In this document: piece after piece, positions 40,042-50,099 of the stretch
How the letters are laid out: every line of letters begins with the position of its first letter
Position numbering within the stretch: position 1 is the first letter of the stretch
IMG/VR virus record: IMGVR_UViG_3300018492_000150
Span: 1-64,000 of that record
Direction: 5' to 3' (one strand)
Source: a virus
Taxonomy: Duplodnaviria > Caudoviricetes
DNA length: 64,000 bases
Notes under the pieces: model-generated
What the model saw: only the letters and a program-made list of their open reading frames with translations
Told to the model about the DNA's origin: nothing
The model's database searches: none
Position numbers and translations under genes: made by a program

Positions 40042-40138
40042 AAAAGTGTAAACCATATCATAATAGTATATTATATACTTGATATACACTATGGTATATT
40101 ACAAAATAAAATATTTTATTTCAAGGAGGACCATGATC

Positions 40139-40753
40139 ATGGCAAACGTAACAAAATTAGAACAGAGCACAGTACCACAGAACTACAGCACATTATGTGC
40201 ATCAATCGGATGGGAGTTAACTCCAGACGATACATTATTCTGGTTTAAATCAGCATTCGCAGGAATCACTGATGCACTGAATATTCTGAAAAACAAAACA
40301 AATCCGGTAGCGATCCTTATTCAGGATCTCAAAGGAAACAAAGTAGTTTATGCATGTGTACAGTACATTCCATCTGAAGATGCAAGCGAAGCATCTGCAG
40401 GTAACTGGACATACTTCTGGAGCTGGGATTGTGATGACATTGCAGAAGATACTGTAATTTATACAATCGATCAGGAACAGATTCAGAAGATTATCAGCAA
40501 CAGAGCATATGATCTGTATAAGATTTCAATGACATCTCTGTCATTTGTAAGTCAGCTTACAGTATACATGTTTAACGTTCTTTATGACGCTCTTGATCAG
40601 CAAGCTGTTGAAGAAGGCGGCTCTTGGACAATTGAACTTGATGGATTCTTTGAAGCATCAGTTGAAGTTGTTGAAGGTAAGAAAGAATTCTCACTTCTTC
40701 CAAAGGGAGAAATGAAAACGTTGATTAAAGATGACGCAGGTAGCGAAAAATAA
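40139..40753 (+). CDS. Acidic hypothetical protein
   Basis: AAGGAGG RBS, TATATTAT upstream, terminator downstream. Confidence 0.75.
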   Translation: MANVTKLEQSTVPQNYSTLCASIGWELTPDDTLFWFKSAFAGITDALNILKNKTNPVAILIQDLKGNKVVYACVQYIPSEDASEASAGNWTYFWSWDCDDIAEDTVIYTIDQEQIQKIISNRAYDLYKISMTSLSFVSQLTVYMFNVLYDALDQQAVEEGGSWTIELDGFFEASVEVVEGKKEFSLLPKGEMKTLIKDDAGSEK

Positions 40754-40820
40754 TCAACAATAGTAAAAAGCAGAAGGGGTAAATCCTCTTCTGCTTTAAT
40801 TTTTTAGGAGGTTACACAAA

Positions 40821-41474
40821 ATGGTTGACAAACGTGAGATACTTATAAATGGAAGACTATATGAAGTTGCGGATATTGAGCACTATGTTAAACATCAGGA
40901 TGCTTATCTTAATGGGTATACGGCAGTAGATATTGGACAGGATATGATATATCCAGTCATCCCCTCAACAAGTATGGATGCTGGTATTGTAATTAGAAGA
41001 AATGCCCCGTTTAATTATGTAAGAAGACCAGATGAGAACAATGCAGCTCAGTATAACAGATCTAATATGATCGATTATAGAGATGCTGCTAATTATAAAG
41101 AGTTTGCTGAAAAGCAGAATATGGTAAGAGAACTGGAGAAAGATATCCTTACATCTCCAGATAATATCTATGTTCCACCAGAAGATCCAGATGATAGCCC
41201 AGCAATGAAAGCCCTTAAGCAAGCTGTAATTGCGAAGCATATTGATCTGGATAAATATGAACCTAGATTCGGTTCAAACTATAATAATGATAAAAGGATT
41301 TTCAATAAGCCTAATATATCATTACCGATGATCGTTAGAATTGCAAATGCTTTAGATATTAAAGCATCGTTGACATTAGAAGATCAGACAACAGATTCAG
41401 GCGATACTGTTCCTAATCCTATGGGGAATATCATTACAGTAGAATTGACATCAAAGCAGAATTTCGATGAATAA
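40821..41474 (+). CDS. Hypothetical protein with XRE-like helix-turn-helix end
   Basis: NISLPMIVRIANALDI. Confidence 0.55.
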   Translation: MVDKREILINGRLYEVADIEHYVKHQDAYLNGYTAVDIGQDMIYPVIPSTSMDAGIVIRRNAPFNYVRRPDENNAAQYNRSNMIDYRDAANYKEFAEKQNMVRELEKDILTSPDNIYVPPEDPDDSPAMKALKQAVIAKHIDLDKYEPRFGSNYNNDKRIFNKPNISLPMIVRIANALDIKASLTLEDQTTDSGDTVPNPMGNIITVELTSKQNFDE

Positions 41475-41489
41475 GGGAGAGGTTTAAAT

Positions 41490-43226
41490 ATGAGCAACAA
41501 CATAGGACAATTTCAATTTATCAGAGAGTTTAACGATAAAAACAGAACTCCATTCAACGATAAATTGTTTGACAGATCAGATGATGAAATCATCAATGAA
41601 CTAAAGAAAGTTATTTTATCTTGTGAAAGAAGTAAATACTTTACTCTTAAAGTGCAGAACTTCTTTGTAGTAGATGATTATCCTACTATGATGAAGATGC
41701 TTAGAGAACAGGAGAAAGTAAAATCAGATTCAAAAGATAAAGATTTCAATAGATATGATTATATTGCATTGAAAGATTCTGATATAAGACTTTTGGTAGT
41801 TGACTATTTTATCAAAGTAAAATACCCAAAAAAAGAATCTTTAGGAGAGAAAACTCTTCGTGTATTAATCATGGTTCCACGATTTGTGGATAAATATTAT
41901 TTCAAGATATTTGGGAATTACTATTGCCCTAAATATCAGATTGTTGATGGTTCTACCTACAACAACGCAAATAGTAACGCTAAGTGCCAGAATGTGACTT
42001 TCAAATCATTATTCATGGCAACACGTATTTATAAATATAACGCAGACTTTAAATTTATCAATACTCCAGTTGCAGTTAAAGGAAACTTTTATCAATCTGC
42101 TATATTTAACAAAAGTGTACCAGTAATGAAATATATTCTTGCAAGATATGGATTGCTTGGTTCTATGAATGCTCTTGGTGTTCCAGAATTATATATCCAT
42201 AACGAAGATCCTAAGAATGATAATTGGTATACTCTTAAACAGCACAATGTGTATATTTCTATACCAAAATTCTTATTTGATAATGACGTAGTAGCTCAGA
42301 GTTTAATGTATACTGTATATCTTGGTATCACAAACAAAGAGTTCACTGCAGAAATGGTTTGGACAACAGAGTTTTGGTTAAGATCATTAGGTGAGTCTTA
42401 TAGTAATAAGACTCCAGAAAAAGGAATGTCTGTATTAGAGTCATTAGAGTCTATCTATGATATTCCTACAAGAGAAGCATTGAGACTTCCAGATCAATAT
42501 AAGAAAGATATTTATCATGTATTGATCTGGATTATCAGAGAATTTTCTGAATTGAGAAAGAAAAATAATCTTGATGTTGGTACTAAGAGAGTAAGACTTG
42601 CAGAATATATTGCAGCTCTCTATGCATTGAAATTATCAAACGGAATGTTTTCATTCTCTGAGGAAGGTGATAAGATTCAGGTATCTCAAATTGAGAAGAG
42701 AATCTTTACTTTTCCAGATTATCTTCTTAAAGCTATTTCTAGAGATAGAATCATGGCAAGCAAGAATAATGTAAATGACATGGATGCTTTCAGTGCTATT
42801 AAATGGACATTTAAAGGAGTATCTGGATTAGGGGATTCAAAAGATTCGGCTATCCCGCAAGGTTATAAGCAGGTACATCCATCTCATCTTGGAAGAATCG
42901 ATTTGGATTCATCATCGCCTAATGATCCAGGTATGTCTGGAATGTTATGCCCTATGGCTCCAATATTCGATAATTATTTCTCTGATTTTAGTGAACCTAA
43001 TAACTGGAGAGAAGATGTAAGAAATATGCTTCTTGAATATCGTAAGATGAAAGGGTTAAAAGAAGTATTTACATTCCAGAAAGAGATTGGGATTATTCCT
43101 GACGATACAGCAGAAGGGACTGTTGATGAAACTATTGATATTGTAGAGAAAAGAATTGTACCTTTCATTATCCAAGTAGATGAAAGAATGCTTGATATTT
43201 CTCCAGTAAAATTTAGCGAGGTGTAA
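41490..43226 (+). CDS. RNA polymerase beta subunit, N-terminal half (probably non-virion RNAP)
   Basis: KRVRLAE, QVHPSHLGRIDLDSSSPNDPG (beta region D). Confidence 0.85.
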   Translation: MSNNIGQFQFIREFNDKNRTPFNDKLFDRSDDEIINELKKVILSCERSKYFTLKVQNFFVVDDYPTMMKMLREQEKVKSDSKDKDFNRYDYIALKDSDIRLLVVDYFIKVKYPKKESLGEKTLRVLIMVPRFVDKYYFKIFGNYYCPKYQIVDGSTYNNANSNAKCQNVTFKSLFMATRIYKYNADFKFINTPVAVKGNFYQSAIFNKSVPVMKYILARYGLLGSMNALGVPELYIHNEDPKNDNWYTLKQHNVYISIPKFLFDNDVVAQSLMYTVYLGITNKEFTAEMVWTTEFWLRSLGESYSNKTPEKGMSVLESLESIYDIPTREALRLPDQYKKDIYHVLIWIIREFSELRKKNNLDVGTKRVRLAEYIAALYALKLSNGMFSFSEEGDKIQVSQIEKRIFTFPDYLLKAISRDRIMASKNNVNDMDAFSAIKWTFKGVSGLGDSKDSAIPQGYKQVHPSHLGRIDLDSSSPNDPGMSGMLCPMAPIFDNYFSDFSEPNNWREDVRNMLLEYRKMKGLKEVFTFQKEIGIIPDDTAEGTVDETIDIVEKRIVPFIIQVDERMLDISPVKFSEV

Positions 43227-43228
43227 CT

Positions 43229-43531
43229 ATGGCTAAATGTAATGCATGTGGAAAAGAAATGTTAGATCATGTTTCATGTGATTATAACTTTGTAACTGAT
43301 GGTAAAGAAATTAGAAAAAGAATAAAATGTGGAGATCCAAAAGATCTCCACAATATATCCCCAGGTGAAACTTGTTATGACTGCGGAGCTCCATATGGAG
43401 GTTATCATCATATTTATTGTGATTCAGAAACATGTCCGATATGTGGAGGTCAGTTATTATCTTGCGATTGCGAAATTTATTATACAAAGATTGGTAATAT
43501 ATCTACAAAACCATTTGTATATGAAAAGTGA
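43229..43531 (+). CDS. Cys-rich zinc-binding protein
   Basis: CNAC, CYDC, HHIYCD, CPIC, SCDC. Confidence 0.75.
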   Translation: MAKCNACGKEMLDHVSCDYNFVTDGKEIRKRIKCGDPKDLHNISPGETCYDCGAPYGGYHHIYCDSETCPICGGQLLSCDCEIYYTKIGNISTKPFVYEK

Positions 43532-43595
43532 TTTTTCTTTAAAATGAAAAGACATCTCAATAATCGAAAAGTTTTAAAGAAAGAGGTGTAATTAA

Positions 43596-43859
43596 ATGCT
43601 TGGAACTACAAGTGGCAAGAAAAGATATAGATACTTTTTATTTTCACAATCGCAATATAAATTAAGATCGGAAGCAGAACTTTCACTAGGAAAAACATAC
43701 ATTCCAGGGAAAGTTAGATCAAGAGGAAGATGGCAAGATTTTACAGAAATCTCATCTACACCGTCTAATTCTAAATATGCAGATTCTAAAATAGTAGCAG
43801 AAGGCTATCTTGAAGATATGACATACATGATGAATAAAAGTGAATGGAAGGTGAGATAG
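43596..43859 (+). CDS. Hypothetical protein
   Basis: GAGGTG RBS. Confidence 0.65.
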   Translation: MLGTTSGKKRYRYFLFSQSQYKLRSEAELSLGKTYIPGKVRSRGRWQDFTEISSTPSNSKYADSKIVAEGYLEDMTYMMNKSEWKVR

Positions 43860-43861
43860 AG

Positions 43862-44134
43862 ATGAAAAAAATAAAACCTATACAGTTTTTAAAAGCAAAC
43901 CAATGTCCAGTATGTAGGGGGAAACTTGAATTAGTTGAAGAAGAAACATATGTGGCAGCAATAGACTCAAAAGGACTACCTATCGGAGGGCAATCTTTTG
44001 TAGAACAGAGATTAAGATGTGTGAAATGTCATGCAGAATATAACTGTGAAAAGAAAGGTCCATGCTATCATATAGCTCCAGTATTACCACCTTTACCAGT
44101 TATAGTTGAGGATTTTAATCCTTTTTATCAATAA
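43862..44134 (+). CDS. Zinc-ribbon protein
   Basis: CPVC...CVKC. Confidence 0.7.
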   Translation: MKKIKPIQFLKANQCPVCRGKLELVEEETYVAAIDSKGLPIGGQSFVEQRLRCVKCHAEYNCEKKGPCYHIAPVLPPLPVIVEDFNPFYQ

Positions 44135-44194
44135 AAATACAAAAAGCATACCCAGTAAGATTCTAATCTTACTGGGTATGAGGAGAAAATAATT

Positions 44195-44953
44195 ATGAAA
44201 AAATTAACCTTACAGCTTCGTAGCAAAGAACAGGCAGTGACAATAATAGAAAGAACTCTATTAGAACTACTACAGACACTTGATACAACTCAAATAGATT
44301 CCGGTCGGAGCTATATCAAAATAGTCCTATCTAAAGATCAATCTATTATTATCAAAATGTTAAACAGTTATGGAAGCAGTGACTATATTATCCATGCTTA
44401 TTATGTAAAGATGAATAATATACCAGTACCAGTATTTAGTACAGTTATAAATGAATATACTAGAAATGGAAGTATTCTTAATCTATCCCATATGATATCT
44501 GATATATCGATAGATAACAATATCGATGAAATTGCAGTTGAATACAGTTTAGATGAAGATCCTACACTTTCATTTAAAAAAGGAGATGCCACTAATCGTA
44601 CCAATGATGAAATCATAAACTATATCTTCAAATACATGGATAGATATAATGATTGTATTATGATAAAATTAGATTATCTAATTAATGTAGGAACTCCAGA
44701 AGAAATTGCATCTGAGTATACAATGAAAATTCAGTACACTACATCATATGGAAATGAGTATTACTCGATTTTTACTAAAGATACTACAGGTGATACTGGA
44801 GACTTTGTAGATCTAGATAAAGAAGAAGCAGCAATGACTATTGATGATATATTAAATATAATGAGAAAGATAGCTAGTACTGCTATAAAAGAGAAACATG
44901 AAAAAGGAAGAATATTATTATATACATTAATGGAGGAAAGTTACAATGTTTAA
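44195..44953 (+). CDS. Hypothetical protein
   Basis: AGGAG RBS. Confidence 0.7.
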   Translation: MKKLTLQLRSKEQAVTIIERTLLELLQTLDTTQIDSGRSYIKIVLSKDQSIIIKMLNSYGSSDYIIHAYYVKMNNIPVPVFSTVINEYTRNGSILNLSHMISDISIDNNIDEIAVEYSLDEDPTLSFKKGDATNRTNDEIINYIFKYMDRYNDCIMIKLDYLINVGTPEEIASEYTMKIQYTTSYGNEYYSIFTKDTTGDTGDFVDLDKEEAAMTIDDILNIMRKIASTAIKEKHEKGRILLYTLMEESYNV

Positions 44954-45695
44954 TGAAATTTATAATGGATTCGTAGAGATTTTAAAAAGAGGACCAGAAG
45001 AAGAAATTGAATATATGAAGAAAGATAAAGGTAGAGTTCCTCACCTGCTATCTTTACTGTATGACTTCGATCCTCTAACTATAGTTAGAGTTAAAACTAT
45101 CAAGATGTCAGAAGGTCCTGATATCGTATTGGTTTTGGCATCTTCGCCAGATCATAATCCGAATATCAAATATATTGAATATCTTACACTTGATGGAAGA
45201 TTGAGTAAGTTAATACTGATCAATATAGACGCACTGATGTCGGAAGAAGACAAAGATGGTTATTCTAGAACAGCTATCTATTCAATTGCATCTTCATTGC
45301 GTAGTGCTATTTCTGGAGTAATGAATTATCATCTTAGAGGATTAGATGATAATATGAGCGAAGTAAGATACATGGGAAGATTTGCTAAACTTATGTATTA
45401 TGCTTCTCCCATCATGATAGTAAAACTTCTTGATAGAATATATGGAGATGGTAAAATAGGAGATGTTGAGATGACAGCAATGTTAGCTGCTATTCATAAT
45501 ACTCCAGATAAAATCAGCATTCAGACTATACAGTCTATTAGAGATCTGTTGAAAGGAACTTCTCTATATGATCTTCTTGACAACAGTTTATTATTAGCTG
45601 CTGATGAAAAGGCATATCCAGGATTATTCTATCAGGATACTGATGAAGATGATACTACAGATATCGAAGAGGGTGATGACGATACGACCGTTTAG
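44946..45695 (+). CDS. Hypothetical protein with acidic tail
   Basis: GGAGG RBS. Confidence 0.7.
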   Translation: MFNEIYNGFVEILKRGPEEEIEYMKKDKGRVPHLLSLLYDFDPLTIVRVKTIKMSEGPDIVLVLASSPDHNPNIKYIEYLTLDGRLSKLILINIDALMSEEDKDGYSRTAIYSIASSLRSAISGVMNYHLRGLDDNMSEVRYMGRFAKLMYYASPIMIVKLLDRIYGDGKIGDVEMTAMLAAIHNTPDKISIQTIQSIRDLLKGTSLYDLLDNSLLLAADEKAYPGLFYQDTDEDDTTDIEEGDDDTTV

Positions 45696-45966
45696 TTATG
45701 ATAGGGCAGATACATGTCCATTATGCGGAGAGAATAGATCGGTAGAAGCTTATACAGTTAATGATAAACCTGTTCAGTTAAGTTTGTCTATAGATAGAAA
45801 TAGAGAGCTAACCGGTTTAGGAATTAAATATCTTAAGTGTAGAAGTTGTAAATCAGAATTCTTCCCAATGTGGTTACATAATCATCCATACCCTATGATA
45901 GATATAAACTATTCATACTTTATGAATGGATATATTCAAAGTTTAAAAACATCAGAGACTGTTTAA
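45676..45966 (+). CDS. Zinc-ribbon protein
   Basis: CPLC...CRSC; begins MTIRPF. Confidence 0.65.
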   Translation: MTIRPFSYDRADTCPLCGENRSVEAYTVNDKPVQLSLSIDRNRELTGLGIKYLKCRSCKSEFFPMWLHNHPYPMIDINYSYFMNGYIQSLKTSETV

Positions 45967-46033
45967 TTACAGTCTCTGATTTATTTTTATTTATTCCAGA
46001 ACCTAAAATTAATAAATTTGGAGGTTTTAGATT

Positions 46034-48730
46034 ATGAAATTATTATCAGCTAGATTCAAAGGATTGCAAGGAATATATAATAAATCTGGAATCAAAGACA
46101 TTTTTATAGATTTTACAAAATGTCAGCATAACATCATATACATTATTGGAGCAAATGGTAGTGGTAAATCTACATTGATGAGTGTATTACATCCTTTACC
46201 AGATAGTCCTCAAGTGTATATAGATAAAGAACTTGGAGAAAAAGAATTAACGTATGAACAAGATGGGACTGTATATAGAATACTTATACAGTATCCAGTT
46301 TATGGTAATGGATCGAGAGCTACAACCAAAGCATTCTTTACCCAGATGGAACTATCAGGAGCAGTAGAGTTAAATGCTAATGGTACAGTTGGATCATTTA
46401 AAGATATACTTTTTAACAAGTTTAACTTGGATCCTAACTTTATGGCATTATCTCATATTTCTGTAGAAAATAGAGGTATTGTAGAAAAAACTCCTGCAGA
46501 GAGAAAGAAATATGTAGGATTCTTATTAGACTCAGTTGCTGAGTATAATGATATATATAAGACCTTGGTTAAAAGATCTAGTTCATTTAAATCTATCATT
46601 AATAGTATTACTGCTAAGATAGATAGTATTGGAGATGAGCAGAAACTTTTAATGGATAAGAGTGCTGCTGACGCTAGATATGTATCGTTAGAAAACCAAA
46701 AGACGACTTTAACTTCTCAGATATCATCTGCAGAAACTACAATAAAGATATTAGACCCTGAAGGAAAGAATCAGGAGTCTTATAAAAAATTATTTGCAGA
46801 ATATTCTCAAGTAAAAGATACATTGGAATTTTATAATCATTCTTTAAATGGTTGCAAGATAAAATCATTAGAAGATGCCAATAAGTTGTATATGGAGTTA
46901 TCTGGTCAGAAAATGAGATTGGAGACTGATATATTATCTATAGATGAATCTATTCAAGATACTATTCTTTTAAGAGAAGAAGAGTCTAAAATTATATTTA
47001 TAAAGACTCAAAAGTACAATTCAATGACTGCTAATAGCAATATAGACCAGTTAAAGAAATATATCACAGAGTATAGGAAACGTATATTTGAATATGAGAG
47101 TATATTTAAGAAATGTGGAATAGAACCAGGTACTATTACTAAAGATGAATATATCACCGCAATATCTATATTTGAGCAGATACGATCTTCTGTATTAACT
47201 GTGAAATCATATGCAGATGATAGTTCCATTTCAATGGCATGTGATATTATATTAAATGGGGGAGATGCAGCTGTAGAGTTAAATAGGATAGTAGATGAGC
47301 ATCTTGATATAGTAAACAGGCTTAAAACAACTAAAGAATCTATTCAATATTATTTAGGATTGAAAGATAGATTAGATATTCTAAACAATAGACCATCATC
47401 GTGTAATATAAATGAGTGTAGTTTTATTAAAGATGCACTAATCGCTCAATCTAAAGAACCAGAAAAAAATCTAAAAGAATTATACGCTACCTTAGATAAT
47501 CTTGTTTCTGCAGAATTACAGGTACGAAATAAAATGGATAAATCTAACGAGATAATGAAAGTGTATAATGATATAAAGATTATATTAAGATCTATAGATA
47601 CAAATAAAAATATAATTCAAAAATTCCCAATAGCAAATCAATTCCTTGATAAATCTATTTTTATAAATAAGATAAAAATAGGTGATCAATTTAATGAGAT
47701 ATATAATATGACTCAGTATATTGATAGTGCTAATATATTTGAATTATATATTAACGATAAAAAAGTATTGTTAGATTTTGAAGCAGATTATAAAGTAGCC
47801 AAATCTCAAGAAGATATTATTTTGGAATTGCAGAAAGAGATAGAAGAGACTACAGCTAAGCTTAACAATATCGTATCTACTATAGAAAATAAACAATCTG
47901 AAAAGTTAGAAAAACAGAAAGCTTTAGCTTCTATAGAAACTGAAATATCTGCAACAAATAGAGCTATTGATATTTATACTAATATCAATAATGCTACTAA
48001 TAAGAAGATGGAGTTGGAATCTAAACTTAGAGTAATATCTGATAATATTGAAAAAATATCAAGAGAGATAGATACTATAAATAAATCTAACTCTATGCTA
48101 AATTCTATAATTAGAGAATTAGAACCATTGAAGAATATGAAAGATGAGATTAATTATTCTCTGAATAAATTAGCAGAATATAAATCGGAGTTAGAAATAT
48201 ATACAAAGAAGTATTCTACTATAGAATTACTTAAGAAATATTCATCTCCAACAAAGGGAGGTATTCAAACTATATTCATTAAATTGTATATGGATAAAAT
48301 TCTTAACTTAACTAATCAGTTATTAGGAATGCTGTTTAATGGAGAATTAGAATTACTTCCTTATATTATAGATGAAAATGGATTTAAGATACCTGTAAGA
48401 TGTAAAGTGAATAATTTATCTGTAGATGATGTGAGTAACTGTTCTACCTCAGAAAAATCTATGATAGCTGTTATAATGAGCTTTGCTTTGGCATTTCATT
48501 CTAGTCAGATATATAATATTGTAAGGTTAGATGAAGTTGATGGCGGACTAGACCAAGCAAACAGAGCAATGTTTCCTGTCATACTTGATGCTATATGTAG
48601 AACGCTTGATATATCTCAAACTTTCATTATATCACATTCATCTGAATCTGATATGACTAATGTAGATATAATAAGTTTAACACCAGTATCTAATGAAACT
48701 TTAAGAGGAAATGTTATATTTCAATTATAA
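46034..48730 (+). CDS. sbcC: SbcC/Rad50-like ATPase
   Basis: GANGSGKST, long coiled coils, central CNINEC hook, CSTSEK signature, LDEVDGGLD, IISH. Confidence 0.9.
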   Translation: MKLLSARFKGLQGIYNKSGIKDIFIDFTKCQHNIIYIIGANGSGKSTLMSVLHPLPDSPQVYIDKELGEKELTYEQDGTVYRILIQYPVYGNGSRATTKAFFTQMELSGAVELNANGTVGSFKDILFNKFNLDPNFMALSHISVENRGIVEKTPAERKKYVGFLLDSVAEYNDIYKTLVKRSSSFKSIINSITAKIDSIGDEQKLLMDKSAADARYVSLENQKTTLTSQISSAETTIKILDPEGKNQESYKKLFAEYSQVKDTLEFYNHSLNGCKIKSLEDANKLYMELSGQKMRLETDILSIDESIQDTILLREEESKIIFIKTQKYNSMTANSNIDQLKKYITEYRKRIFEYESIFKKCGIEPGTITKDEYITAISIFEQIRSSVLTVKSYADDSSISMACDIILNGGDAAVELNRIVDEHLDIVNRLKTTKESIQYYLGLKDRLDILNNRPSSCNINECSFIKDALIAQSKEPEKNLKELYATLDNLVSAELQVRNKMDKSNEIMKVYNDIKIILRSIDTNKNIIQKFPIANQFLDKSIFINKIKIGDQFNEIYNMTQYIDSANIFELYINDKKVLLDFEADYKVAKSQEDIILELQKEIEETTAKLNNIVSTIENKQSEKLEKQKALASIETEISATNRAIDIYTNINNATNKKMELESKLRVISDNIEKISREIDTINKSNSMLNSIIRELEPLKNMKDEINYSLNKLAEYKSELEIYTKKYSTIELLKKYSSPTKGGIQTIFIKLYMDKILNLTNQLLGMLFNGELELLPYIIDENGFKIPVRCKVNNLSVDDVSNCSTSEKSMIAVIMSFALAFHSSQIYNIVRLDEVDGGLDQANRAMFPVILDAICRTLDISQTFIISHSSESDMTNVDIISLTPVSNETLRGNVIFQL

Positions 48731-48736
48731 CAACAA

Positions 48737-48781
48737 AAACTAGGAGTAAGGCTATAGCCTTACTCCAGTTTATTTTTTTTT
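48737..48781. terminator. Bidirectional terminator
   Basis: GGAGTAAGGC-tata-GCCTTACTCC with A- and T-tracts on the two sides. Confidence 0.75.
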
Positions 48782-48787
48782 CGAAAT

Positions 48788-48963
48788 AGCATTTATCTAA
48801 ATGCTCTTAGTACAATTAATGACCTACTGTTGTTGTTTTTACAATGAAAATCATTTTTTCATATCCATCATGGCAAGACGAATATAATGAAGAAAGCCCC
48901 GAATTCACACATTGAAATTTTCAAGGAGGTGCACTTTTCAGCCAATTGTACCGTAGTATATTT
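48788..48963 (-). ncRNA. Candidate small RNA with anti-Shine-Dalgarno motif
   Basis: AACA-N6-TA at 48974(-); closing stem GTACAATT/AATTGTAC; CACCTCCTT on the minus strand; no ORF in the track. Confidence 0.4.
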
Positions 48964-48977
48964 ACCATTATGTTGGA

Positions 48978-49970
48978 TTAATATTCATTCATCAGAGGTT
49001 GTCCTATCAGTACCAGTGGATAGGTTTCTCCAATATTGATATTTCTTGCCACTTTATTCTTCAAATCTATTGTAATATCTTCTAAGAACATAGCATCATG
49101 TTTCTCTGCATTAGGAACAGACTGCCCTGTAGACATATCAATTACATCAAAATATCTTGCACCATTTTCCTGGTTATATACAACAACCTGCTGTATATTA
49201 GGATTTTCTTCAAGATGCATCATATTCTGTTGAGGTGTTAAATTATTTAAATAATTAGCAAAGTTTTCTTCCTGAGACCCTATTGCCATTGTCTGTACAG
49301 GAGAGCCTGCTATCGCCATCTGACTTACATTAGGGAATGGGTTTGTTGAAACAGGAGTATTTACAAATGCTTTATACATTTCCATAACTCTTTGATCATC
49401 ATCGCCATCGTTAGCTGCATTCGCTGCTTTGATTTCTTTGTATCGTTTCATCTCGAAATCATTACATTTAGAAATGGTATTATTTAATTCTCTCGCTGCA
49501 GATATTTTATTTGCAATCATAGTACCCATACTACCTTGTAATAAAGATAAATATTGGTATTTATTTCTCATTGTTTTTGAATGACGAATATCTTCAATAT
49601 CCCCCTGAAGTTCTGTCATTGTAGAATCAAGCTGAACAATTGCAGATCTAAGGATATTGTTAGTTTCCTGATATTTCTTTTCATATGGCTCGTTTGTTTC
49701 CATAAAAGATAATTCACGTTTACTTTTATCATCACCCACGTCAAAATTTTCTGCAACTTGCGTCATATGAGAAGGACTAGAAAACAATGATATCCCTGAT
49801 CCAGCATCATTCTTTCTAGGTCTTCCTCTTTTTTTCTTTCCAGTAGAAGTAGTTTCTTCTACATCTGATGCCATAATAGGGACATCTATAGATTTAGTAA
49901 AATCTATAATAATAGAACCATCAGTAGGTTGTTCTATTTTTGTTTCTATTTCTCTAGTAAATGGTTTCAT
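48978..49970 (-). CDS. Coiled-coil protein with AT-hook
   Basis: KKKRGRPRK; starts MKPFTR after GGAGG. Confidence 0.75.
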   Translation of the reverse strand: MKPFTREIETKIEQPTDGSIIIDFTKSIDVPIMASDVEETTSTGKKKRGRPRKNDAGSGISLFSSPSHMTQVAENFDVGDDKSKRELSFMETNEPYEKKYQETNNILRSAIVQLDSTMTELQGDIEDIRHSKTMRNKYQYLSLLQGSMGTMIANKISAARELNNTISKCNDFEMKRYKEIKAANAANDGDDDQRVMEMYKAFVNTPVSTNPFPNVSQMAIAGSPVQTMAIGSQEENFANYLNNLTPQQNMMHLEENPNIQQVVVYNQENGARYFDVIDMSTGQSVPNAEKHDAMFLEDITIDLKNKVARNINIGETYPLVLIGQPLMNEY

Positions 49971-50099
49971 TACTAATACCTCCAATTCTTATAAATCATT
50001 AATTTGATGTGTAAACCATATAATTGTAATTTTACAAGCAGAATTACATATAAATAATACATAATTGCACCAGAACTGGGCAAGATAGGAGAGGTTATT

